Assembly: GCA_964611355.1 (NCBI GenBank)
Contig: CAZSYD010000017.1
Coordinates: 1-43,546 of the forward strand
DNA length: 43,546 bases
From: an uncultured Ignavibacteriales bacterium
GTDB taxonomy: Bacteria; Zixibacteria; MSB-5A5; GN15; JAAZOE01
Direction: 5' to 3'
In this document: positions 28,838 through 36,861 of the stretch, in pieces
Position numbering within the stretch: the stretch's first letter is position 1
Layout of the letters: every line of letters begins with the position of its first letter
Program-made: the position numbers and the translations under genes
Notes under the pieces: generated by a model
The model's input: the letters and a program-made list of their open reading frames with translations, nothing else
Database searches by the model: none
What the model was told of the DNA's origin: nothing

Positions 28838-30082
28838 ATGAATACGCCACAAAAATTACTTTTGACGTTTTTTGTATCTCTTTTCTGCCTGCAATCTTCG
28901 ATTGCAACCGCTCAGGGCAACCATAATCCCGGGTCGGTTGAACCGGCAGTCTCCGAGAAAAACCTGATCGAATCGTCGAATCGGTTCGGCTTTAAGCTAT
29001 TTCGTCAAATTACCGCCGATGAGAAAACCGATAGTAACGTCTTTATCTCACCTCTGTCGGTCTCGTACGCTCTGACTATGACCCTAAACGGCGCAGTGGG
29101 CGAAACCCGCCGCCAGATAGCGGGCGCTCTTGAACTTAGCGATTACCAACTGAATGAAGTCAATAAATCCTTCAGGAAGCTTACCGCCCGCATGACCGCG
29201 CTTGATCCGGCCGTGAAACTCGATATCGCCAACTCGATCTGGTACCGGCTCGGCCTGAGAGTAAGGCCGGAATTTGTTGATTTGAACAAAACTTATTTTG
29301 AGGCTCTTGTCCGGGAACTCGATTTCGACGCTGCGTGGGCGGCCGATACGATCAACAACTGGGTAAATGTCAACACCAAAGGCAAAATCAAAGAAATTAT
29401 AAAACCGCCAATTGATCCGGCGATGGTTATGTATCTGATCAACGCCATTTACTTCAAGGGCGATTGGAGCAAACCGTTTGATTCCGCCCTCACCCGAACC
29501 CGGACGTTTTATCTGCCGAATAAATCGGAAACCGACTGCCGGATGATGTTCAAAAAAGCCGAATTCAAGTACCTCGAAAACGATCTGTTTCAAGCCACCT
29601 GCCTGCCCTACGGCGAGGAAAAATTCGACATGATTGTTTTTCTGCCGCGGCCGTCAATCACGGTTGATGAGTTGATCGGAAAAATCAACGACAAGAACTG
29701 GACATCGTGGATGTACGGGTTATCGGAAACCAAAATTAACCTGGGCCTGCCCAAGTTCAAAATCGAGTATGGCCTTACCATGAACGACGCGCTGAAGGCG
29801 CTGGGTATGAAACTGCCTTTTTCGCGAAAGGCCGATTTCACCAACATGATTCCCGAAGGCGGCGTCTGGATCGACCAGGTCAAACACAAAACGTTTATTC
29901 AGGTTGACGAAGAGGGAACCGAGGCGGCAGCGGTAACCGTGGTAAGCATTATGAAGGCTTCGGCTCCCCAGCCGGTGCCCCAGATGATTATCGACCGACC
30001 GTTTCTATTCGTTATTCGCGAACGGGGGTCGCGGGCGATTTTATTTATGGGCCGGATCGTAAACCCCAAGTGGGATAAGTAA
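28838..30082 (+). CDS. Serpin 4, secreted (probably SPase I signal)
   Basis: Signal LFCLQSSIATA-QG, NVFISPLS, INAIYFKG.W, hinge EEGTEAAAVT, DRPFLF.I. Confidence 0.96.
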   Translation: MNTPQKLLLTFFVSLFCLQSSIATAQGNHNPGSVEPAVSEKNLIESSNRFGFKLFRQITADEKTDSNVFISPLSVSYALTMTLNGAVGETRRQIAGALELSDYQLNEVNKSFRKLTARMTALDPAVKLDIANSIWYRLGLRVRPEFVDLNKTYFEALVRELDFDAAWAADTINNWVNVNTKGKIKEIIKPPIDPAMVMYLINAIYFKGDWSKPFDSALTRTRTFYLPNKSETDCRMMFKKAEFKYLENDLFQATCLPYGEEKFDMIVFLPRPSITVDELIGKINDKNWTSWMYGLSETKINLGLPKFKIEYGLTMNDALKALGMKLPFSRKADFTNMIPEGGVWIDQVKHKTFIQVDEEGTEAAAVTVVSIMKASAPQPVPQMIIDRPFLFVIRERGSRAILFMGRIVNPKWDK

Positions 30083-30110
30083 TCGGAAATTAGACATATA
30101 AAAAATCCCA

Positions 30111-30132
30111 GGGGCGTTTCGCGAAACGCCTC
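30111..30132. terminator. Strong hairpin after serpin 4
   Basis: GGGGCGTTTC-GC-GAAACGCCTC; no U-tract on the + strand. Confidence 0.45.
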
Positions 30133-30279
30133 GGAGAATAATACACAAAACAGGGCTTTTTTGCCAGCAAGGGTTGCGGGCATATTATTTGCTTATTATA
30201 TTTCGAATATAAGTACGCCATTGTTAGATATGAAAATAACAGGTTTTATAACAGCCCTGATATGCTGAAGGGAGAAACC

Positions 30280-32001
30280 ATGCCGAATAGAAGCTATAAA
30301 TCATGCAAAAAAAGTAACATTTTTTTGCCGACGGCGGCGTTACTTCTGCTGGCGGTAATAATCCTGTTACCGTCCCTCGCTGCGGCGCGAATAGCGCCGG
30401 AGGCGGAACCGGCCGACCGGTTGTCGGCATCCAAAGGTACTCCCAACGCCCAGTTCGGCGTCCATTTTATAGGCCAGGTCGCCATGACCATCACCAACCT
30501 GGGCGTTTTCGGGACAGGGTTTGTAAATATTTCCGATACGGCCTGCGCTGGGGGGCCGTGCCCTTCCTGCGAATATCCTTGGGGTTCCGGCATCGATTAT
30601 CTTTTTGGTGGTTCCTACTGGATCGGCGCCGTTGTCGGTAATGACACCCTGGTCTCCGTCGGCGGCGACGGCTGGATAGGGGTGTATGAAATGTATCCGG
30701 GTGAAGCCCCCAACGACAGCATTATTATCCGCTCCAACGAAGCCGGACATCCGTACGAATCCCCCGACGCCGTTTCGAACCTGGATTACGTTGCGACTTT
30801 TAACGACACACTCGACGACCCGGCTTATACCGCCGTGGACCCGACCGACAACCGCAATCATATACCGTTGAATATCCGGTTCACGCAGAACAGTTATTCC
30901 TGGAAAAACGGCGAGATTGACGATTTCATTCTTTACGAATGCTGGGTTGAAAATTTCGGCGACGTTCCCCTGAGCGAAGTCTGGATCGGTATTTACGTTG
31001 ACGGTGATGTGTACCACCCTGTCAACGAGCTAACCGGCTATGGCGATGACCTGACCGGCTTTTTGCCCTCGGAAAATATGGCCTATATCATGGATAACGA
31101 CGGCGACCCGATGGTTGGTGGAATATGGAATCTGGCCAGCGCCCGCGCGGCGATGGGAGTAAAATTCCACGGTTCGGAGCCCGAACAGAGCCGCCTTAAT
31201 CTTAACTGGTGGATATCAAATGATATCAGCGCTTATGATTTCGGCCCCCGCCTGGCACACACGCCCGAAGATCCGTTCAGGTTTTTCGGCGACCATCTCG
31301 GCACGCCTAACGGCGACAGAAATAAATATTATATCCTCCGGCACGCCGAAACCGACTACGACCAGATGTTCACTTCCATCTCGCACGCCGGTGACGGGTT
31401 CCTGCCCCCCCCGGACAATCAAAGTTTTGCCGAAGATATCTCCGACGGAAACGATACGCGGGTTCTCCTGTCGTTCGGGCCGTTTAACCTCAACCCCGGA
31501 GATTCCGTTCATTTCTTCTACTCTATCGTGATGGGCAACAATGTCCACGTCGAAGCGGCTGATTTCCAGACCTATTTCGACCCGCAAAATCCGCAGGCAT
31601 ACTATGACCGTCTTAATTTTACCGAACTGATCGCCAACGCCGACAAGGCCGATTCCATCTACCGCGATATCGCCGGCCTACCGACCGCGGCTGACGATGA
31701 TTACGGACTGGACTCGAGACCCAATACCTTCCTGCTCTCAGGCAATTATCCCAACCCGTTCAATCCGGCCACGACTATCGAATACACCCTGCCACGGCGA
31801 ACTTATGTAAGCCTGAGAATTTTCAACCTTCTGGGACAGAATATCCGGACGCTGGTTAATACTGACCAGGATACCGGAACGCACACGGTTCGGTGGGACG
31901 GTCGTGACCAGTTCGGAAGAGCAGTCTCATCCGGTATCTACTTCTACCAGTTGAAAACGGATGAACGGGTCGAGACCAAAAAGATGATGCTTTTGAAGTA
32001 A
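30280..32001 (+). CDS. Secreted acidic protein with C-terminal FlgD-Ig / T9SS-type-A-like sorting domain
   Basis: GGGAG SD before ATG 30280, signal ending AAA-R, C-terminus NYPNPFNPATTI.Y...IFNLLGQ.IRTL...WDGRD..G..VSSGIYFY.L...KKMMLLK. Confidence 0.85.
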   Translation: MPNRSYKSCKKSNIFLPTAALLLLAVIILLPSLAAARIAPEAEPADRLSASKGTPNAQFGVHFIGQVAMTITNLGVFGTGFVNISDTACAGGPCPSCEYPWGSGIDYLFGGSYWIGAVVGNDTLVSVGGDGWIGVYEMYPGEAPNDSIIIRSNEAGHPYESPDAVSNLDYVATFNDTLDDPAYTAVDPTDNRNHIPLNIRFTQNSYSWKNGEIDDFILYECWVENFGDVPLSEVWIGIYVDGDVYHPVNELTGYGDDLTGFLPSENMAYIMDNDGDPMVGGIWNLASARAAMGVKFHGSEPEQSRLNLNWWISNDISAYDFGPRLAHTPEDPFRFFGDHLGTPNGDRNKYYILRHAETDYDQMFTSISHAGDGFLPPPDNQSFAEDISDGNDTRVLLSFGPFNLNPGDSVHFFYSIVMGNNVHVEAADFQTYFDPQNPQAYYDRLNFTELIANADKADSIYRDIAGLPTAADDDYGLDSRPNTFLLSGNYPNPFNPATTIEYTLPRRTYVSLRIFNLLGQNIRTLVNTDQDTGTHTVRWDGRDQFGRAVSSGIYFYQLKTDERVETKKMMLLK

Positions 32002-32025
32002 CCGATTCTTACGAAATATGAACCA

Positions 32026-32062
32026 CAAAAAGGCGGCTCTCAACGGGCCGCCTTTAATTTTT
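32026..32062. terminator. Bidirectional intrinsic terminator between convergent genes
   Basis: AAAAAAGGCGGCTC-TCAAC-GGGCCGCCTTTAATTTTT. Confidence 0.75.
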
Positions 32063-32150
32063 GATTCAGGTCAGGGCCAAATCAATTCCAGCGCAACGCC
32101 AAACTTACGCCGCCGAACCTGCCCCGCACTAAAACCAAATCAGCCAGTCT

Positions 32151-32645
32151 CTATAGCGAGTACTTGCCGAAATCTTCCGGATCGATCCGTTTGAGTCGGT
32201 CGGCCAGCGATTCCCGGTCACCTGACGTGGGCATATCTTCCGGTACATCTTCCTGCTTGACCGTAAACAGATCCTCGCTGACATAAATGGGGCTTTTTGT
32301 TTTGAGAGCCAGCGCTATCGAGTCGGATGGCCGGGCGTCAATATCGACTATTTTACCGTCGACGGAAATATACAGCCGCGCGAAAAATGTTTGTTCCTTC
32401 AGTTCAGTAATTTCAACCTTGTCCAGCTTACCGCCCATTGCCTCAATAGCCGTCTTGAACAGATCATGCGTCAACGGTCTTTTGGAGCCGACGCCGGAAA
32501 TCTCCATAGCGATTGCCCAAGCCTCGTTATGGCCGATCCATATCGGAAGAACCCTGTCAAGTTCTTTTGCGGCCAACACCACCACCGGCGAGTTGGAGAC
32601 CAAATCCATGGCCAACCCATCGATTTTTGCCTCTATCATACCCAT
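32151..32645 (-). CDS. Bifunctional nuclease family protein (DUF151)
   Basis: LPIWIG..EA.AIA, RPLTHDL, TFFA.L, IDARPSDSIALAL. Confidence 0.92.
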   Translation of the reverse strand: MGMIEAKIDGLAMDLVSNSPVVVLAAKELDRVLPIWIGHNEAWAIAMEISGVGSKRPLTHDLFKTAIEAMGGKLDKVEITELKEQTFFARLYISVDGKIVDIDARPSDSIALALKTKSPIYVSEDLFTVKQEDVPEDMPTSGDRESLADRLKRIDPEDFGKYSL

Positions 32646-33104
32646 TCAGCTTTCTTTCTTTACCACCTGAAGTTTCACGCTGGCGGTTACTTCTTTGGCG
32701 AGTTTAATTTTGATTGTGTACAGGCCAAGCGCCTTGATCGGCTCGTCAAGCGTAATCGCCCGGCGATCAATCTCCGACCCTTCTTTTTCGATTAATTCCG
32801 CAATGGTATGGCTGGTCACCGACCCGAAGACCTTGTCGCCTTCACCGGTCAGCAGTTCGGCGATCAGGCTCATTTTCTCCAGTTCCTCGCGCAGTTTCTC
32901 GGCTCCGCGCAGGTTTTTCCGGTCGCGCAGTTCTTTTTGTTTGGTGAGGTTATCGACTGCACGCAGGTTTCCCCTGGTCGCCGGAATAGCGAGATTGCGC
33001 GGCATCAGGTAATTACGGGCGTATCCCGACTTGACCTCAACCGTTTCGCCGCACCGGCCCAGTTCAGTTATATCCTCGGTTAGAATTACCTTCATTGTTT
33101 CCAT
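32646..33104 (-). CDS. rplI: 50S ribosomal protein L9
   Basis: MKVIL..D...LG..G..VEVK.GYARNYL.P, KVFGSVT, PIKALG. Confidence 0.96.
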   Translation of the reverse strand: METMKVILTEDITELGRCGETVEVKSGYARNYLMPRNLAIPATRGNLRAVDNLTKQKELRDRKNLRGAEKLREELEKMSLIAELLTGEGDKVFGSVTSHTIAELIEKEGSEIDRRAITLDEPIKALGLYTIKIKLAKEVTASVKLQVVKKES

Positions 33105-33123
33105 TTCCTTTCACCCAAGAGGC

Positions 33124-34068
33124 CTATCCCAGGCTGTGCGCCCGGATCTTGCGAAAATCAAAGTGACTGTCAATCAGTCCGACCACAGATGCGAGAATCA
33201 GCCCTGGCAACTGCATTAGAAAAAGCCCCAGGTAAAAAACGATCTTAATAAACAAAGGCAACCTGAGGCGTCGCAGGAGATACTCGATCAGCGCCAAACC
33301 GCAAACGGCGTAGAAAAAAGATAATATGAATACGACGTTGTACGCGGCGATTTCCATATCGCCTTGTACCATCAGAGCCATCGCCAGCGCCGCTCCCAGC
33401 AAATATAGCAGTTTTTCCGGAACTTTCCAATATATGAACGGGCCAAAACCGGGAAAGTAGCTGTCGCGCCGGCTATAGTACCAATCCATCATCAAAAAAG
33501 CGATAAACAACTGGGCGATGGCGGATATAATCAGGATGCCTGGCATCAGGTTTATAATCCAGTATTTGAATCTGGCCAGGCTGTCGGTCAGTTCATTTAT
33601 CATTTCCGTGCTATATCCCTGCGTTCCCATGGTGGTCGTGATCAGGCTACCGACCGATTTGCTCATGATCCCAATCTGCTTGGCCAGCATCCCGGCCGCC
33701 TGAGCGTATATAAATAAAACAAACAGGGCCGCCAGGGCCGACGCAACCGTAAACGACCGACCCGCATGTCGGCCATGATCGACCATAACTCCGAGGACAA
33801 TGGCCGGAACCGTCGCCTTAAGCCAGATAGGCAGGAAGAAAGCCAACGGCATTGTCGCCAAACCGGGGAATGCGCCGATTATAAAACCGGCGGCCAGGGC
33901 AAAAACAACAATCCGGATTCCGCCTTCTATCACGGCCATCATCAACAGCGCGGCCAAAATTATCTCCAGCAGGTAACTAACGGCAGGGATAAGCTCCCAA
34001 TAAGGGAGCGTTGCCGCCACAACAACCCCGACCGAAACGATCATCTTCCGGGAGTTCACGCCACACAA
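33124..34068 (-). CDS. YybS/DUF2232 family membrane protein
   Basis: Multi-TM, F..WKVP, GL.D..FDFRK C-terminus, usual position between rpsR and rplI. Confidence 0.85.
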   Translation of the reverse strand: MCGVNSRKMIVSVGVVVAATLPYWELIPAVSYLLEIILAALLMMAVIEGGIRIVVFALAAGFIIGAFPGLATMPLAFFLPIWLKATVPAIVLGVMVDHGRHAGRSFTVASALAALFVLFIYAQAAGMLAKQIGIMSKSVGSLITTTMGTQGYSTEMINELTDSLARFKYWIINLMPGILIISAIAQLFIAFLMMDWYYSRRDSYFPGFGPFIYWKVPEKLLYLLGAALAMALMVQGDMEIAAYNVVFILSFFYAVCGLALIEYLLRRLRLPLFIKIVFYLGLFLMQLPGLILASVVGLIDSHFDFRKIRAHSLG

Positions 34069-34074
34069 AACCCG

Positions 34075-34299
34075 TTACTTAAATGTTTCCGCCACGTACG
34101 GCAAAATCGCCAGGTGCCGCGCCCGTTTGATGGCCGTGGTCAGCATCCGCTGATGGCGGGCACAGGTACCTGAAATCCGGCGGGGTATTATTTTGCCCCG
34201 CTCGGTTGTAAATCGTCTTAAGAAACGTTCATCGCGATAGTCGATATATTCGATTTTATTCTCACAAAACCGGCAAAGCCGTCTTCTTTTTCTCTGCAT
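34075..34299 (-). CDS. rpsR: 30S ribosomal protein S18 (Zn-ligand-retaining type)
   Basis: [42 protein letters not shown] 34299 preferred over TTG 34311. Confidence 0.96.
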   Translation of the reverse strand: MQRKRRRLCRFCENKIEYIDYRDERFLRRFTTERGKIIPRRISGTCARHQRMLTTAIKRARHLAILPYVAETFK

Positions 34300-34416
34300 A
34301 ATCCCAATCAACCTCGTTCACATTTTATACTAACCTGCCCACGGAGAAAACAGCTCGGTACAAATCGGTTCACCACGGGCAACTCCAGATCAACGGATCG
34401 GCAAACTGCAAGCCAA

Positions 34417-34833
34417 TCATTTAGTCGCATCCTTTTCTTCCGGCGGTTCGCTTTTCGGTGACGGTTTATTGTGCTGATGCGGTCCGGAAACCGTAGTCGA
34501 ATTGGCCTCTTGAGATCGAGATAACGACTTATCTTCCCGCTCGGTTACTTTCGGCGCCAGACAGGTCAGGAACCTGAGACAGCCTTCGTCCAAACGTAGT
34601 TGATGCTCCAGTTCGCCAACCGTACGGCCGCCGCCCTCAAAAACCAGGCTGATATAATAACCCTGGCTTAATTTCTGAATTTCATAGGCGAACCGTCTCA
34701 TTCCCATTCGGTTTTCGCTCACTACCCTGCCGCCACTGTGGTCTATCATATCCCTAGCATTTTTGATGCAACCGTCCAGAGCGGTTTCTTCAAGCTGGGG
34801 GTTAAGAATGAATGTACAATCGTAGAGTGGCAC
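34417..34833 (-). CDS. rpsF: 30S ribosomal protein S6
   Basis: Y...FIL.P, G.RRFAYEI.K...GYY, L.LDE..LRFL; GGGAGGTGA SD. Confidence 0.92.
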   Translation of the reverse strand: MPLYDCTFILNPQLEETALDGCIKNARDMIDHSGGRVVSENRMGMRRFAYEIQKLSQGYYISLVFEGGGRTVGELEHQLRLDEGCLRFLTCLAPKVTEREDKSLSRSQEANSTTVSGPHQHNKPSPKSEPPEEKDATK

Positions 34834-34837
34834 TGCT

Positions 34838-34871
34838 TCACCTCCCTTCGGACTAAAGTTGACCCCGGAGT
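34838..34871 (-). promoter_or_regulatory. Candidate S6:S18 autoregulatory leader RNA
   Basis: ACTCC-GGGGTCAACTTTAGT-CCG-AA-GGGAGGTGA: CTCC can pair with the SD, with CCG just 5' of it. Confidence 0.45.
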
Positions 34872-35470
34872 TAATTCTCCGGAGTAGGGCCGGCGCTGTT
34901 ATATTTACTTATCGCCAGATCGAGGCCATGGTCTAGAGCCAGCCGTATCGCCTCGACTGACCGTGATACGATATCTTTGACAATTTCTTCTTCCTCGGGC
35001 AGAAAACGGCTCAGAACAAAATCCGACACGCTTTCCCGATCGGCGAGAACTTCCTCCGGCAGAGGCCCGGTTCCGACCCGCATTCGAGGAAACCGGTCGC
35101 TACCGATTTCATCAATAATGGATATCAGGCCTTTGTGCCCGCCCGCCGATCCCCATTTCCTGATCCGTAAAGCGCCGAGCGGAAGATTGAAATCGTCGCT
35201 GATGACAAAGAACTCATCCGGTCCGGCTTCAAAGTCACGCATCGCTTCGCGGGCCGCCAGCCCGGACAGGTTAACATATACATCCGGCTTGACCAGATAA
35301 ACATCCCCGCGATCAAGCGCCGCTTTTCGGGACTCAAAGAGCGGGGCACTTTCGGTCGAAGCCGTCTTCAATCGACCGGCCAGACAATCGATAATTTCAA
35401 AACCAAGGTTGTGCCGGGTAGACCGGTACTGCGGTCCCGGATTCCCCAGTCCGCAAACGATTTTGATCAC
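34871..35470 (-). CDS. pth: Peptidyl-tRNA hydrolase
   Basis: GLGNPG..Y..TRHN.GF, KP..Y.N.SG, DD..LP.G..R.R..GSAGGH.G, FVL..F. GTG 35470 preferred as start. Confidence 0.93.
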   Translation of the reverse strand: MIKIVCGLGNPGPQYRSTRHNLGFEIIDCLAGRLKTASTESAPLFESRKAALDRGDVYLVKPDVYVNLSGLAAREAMRDFEAGPDEFFVISDDFNLPLGALRIRKWGSAGGHKGLISIIDEIGSDRFPRMRVGTGPLPEEVLADRESVSDFVLSRFLPEEEEIVKDIVSRSVEAIRLALDHGLDLAISKYNSAGPTPEN

Positions 35471-35508
35471 CGTTATTCCCTGCGCTATTTGATCGCTGGC
35501 CGTGCCCC

Positions 35509-35536
35509 AATTTATCGAAACCCGATCAATTGTCAA
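35509..35536 (-). promoter_or_regulatory. sigma70-type promoter for the pth-rpsF-rpsR-yybS-rplI operon
   Basis: TTGACA-N16-TAAATT on the minus strand. Confidence 0.5.
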
Positions 35537-35818
35537 GTTGATTCGCCAATCCAAACACGCCATGTTTACCCATTATATCCAAATACCTGCCATAAATTGA
35601 TTATATACTTCCATATTTGTAAAAAATCCCTTTACATATGAGCCAGCAACGAATACTTTCCCTTGCAATGTTAACTGATCTTCACCGAATTATATTACTA
35701 AGACAGATTTCTCCCGTTCTCTCTTACGGCCGGCCGCAATCCGGGCGGTTTATTGATCGACCGCGTCCGGCACGGCGCAACTAACCGATCGCATTAATCC
35801 TTAAATGGAGGAGTTCCC

Positions 35819-36226
35819 GTGATTAACAACCGTACAGAATATGCCATCAGGGCGCTTTGGCAGTTGGCAGAGTCAAAAGATTATTTCTCCACTTCGGAAG
35901 CCATCGCCCAGGCACAGGAGATTCCAGGCAAATTTCTCCCGCAAATTCTGTCAGATCTCTCCCGCGCCGGACTGGTTCGTTCTATCAGAGGATACGGTGG
36001 GGGAGTGCGCCTATCGTGCCCGCCGGAAAAGATCAGGCTATTGGACATTCTGGAAGCGATCCAAGGAAATATCTTCCTTTACGACTGCCTGAAAGGACCG
36101 ATCGACTGCATGCACGAACCCGACTGCAAGCTAATGAAGGTCTATAAAAAAGCCCAGGAAGCTCTTAAGGCCGAATTTGGCAAAGTTACGATATCGGATC
36201 TGCGGTCAAAGAGAAAGAAAAAATAG
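35819..36226 (+). CDS. Rrf2-family transcriptional regulator (three-Cys Fe-S type)
   Basis: YAIRAL..LA, IA....IP.KFL.QIL..L..AGLV.S.RG.GGG..L, C-x6-C-x5-C. Confidence 0.92.
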   Translation: MINNRTEYAIRALWQLAESKDYFSTSEAIAQAQEIPGKFLPQILSDLSRAGLVRSIRGYGGGVRLSCPPEKIRLLDILEAIQGNIFLYDCLKGPIDCMHEPDCKLMKVYKKAQEALKAEFGKVTISDLRSKRKKK

Positions 36227-36402
36227 CGCCGCCTTACGCGGGGGCAAAATCAAGGAGACCGGCAAAACCAACGGAGAGGCCTTACGTCAATTATTATGCT
36301 CCCCTGCGTCTCAAACCGCTTTGAAGATCTCCCAAAATTGCCTTTACCAAAAGTCAATCCCAACATCAACGAGAAATCCGCAAAAATGACGCTATATAGT
36401 GA

Positions 36403-36840
36403 TTGTCCACGACGATGCGGGCCAGGTTGAAGGATATCGCGCCATAATGGTTACCGTCTGAATGCATTACGGTTATAAATCCGGCTATTTGAAAGCCGAC
36501 TTAGGCCGTGCCTTTACCGCGCTATCATATGACAAAAATGATCTCTTAAGCAACGATAGCCAAATCGATTATGGATTTCTGAAATTAATTTAGGGATCAG
36601 CTCTTGACACTAACGAAGCCATAAATTATTTTGACGGCGGAACTCAATGAAAGATAATATGTTAGGAAGATGTGGACAACTATGGCATGGTCTCCAATAC
36701 GATATGCCACAACAAGTTTTTGCTGGCCTAAAATCCACCCAATATGTGGATAAGCATTAACTTGTCACTGCCGTTTGCGTGTAACCTTTTGAATAGCAGT
36801 TAATAGTTTGACATATCTTATTAACACTGTTTGTGGAAAA
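36403..36840. promoter_or_regulatory. DnaA-box cluster upstream of dnaA (oriC part 1) and dnaA promoter
   Basis: TTGTCCACG 36403, TGTGGACAA 36671, TGTGGATAA 36745 (perfect), TTATTAACA 36818, TGTGGAAAA 36832; TTGACA-N17-TATTTT at 36604-36632. Confidence 0.75.
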
Positions 36841-36861
36841 CATGGTTAGGGGGAAAGCTTT

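Noticed and set aside
21500..32150. Serpin block as a mobile genomic island or DGR target
   Set aside because: No integrase, transposase, reverse transcriptase, tRNA or att repeat; differences between loops are not adenine-specific.
35471..35563. N-terminal extension of Pth in the ORF track
   Set aside because: Homology starts at VIKIVCGLGNPG and the extension contains a TTGACA/TAAATT promoter.
36227..36600. Possible ncRNA or rpmH remnant upstream of dnaA
   Set aside because: No L34-like ORF, tRNA or recognisable structured RNA; only a repeated GCCTTACG 8-mer.
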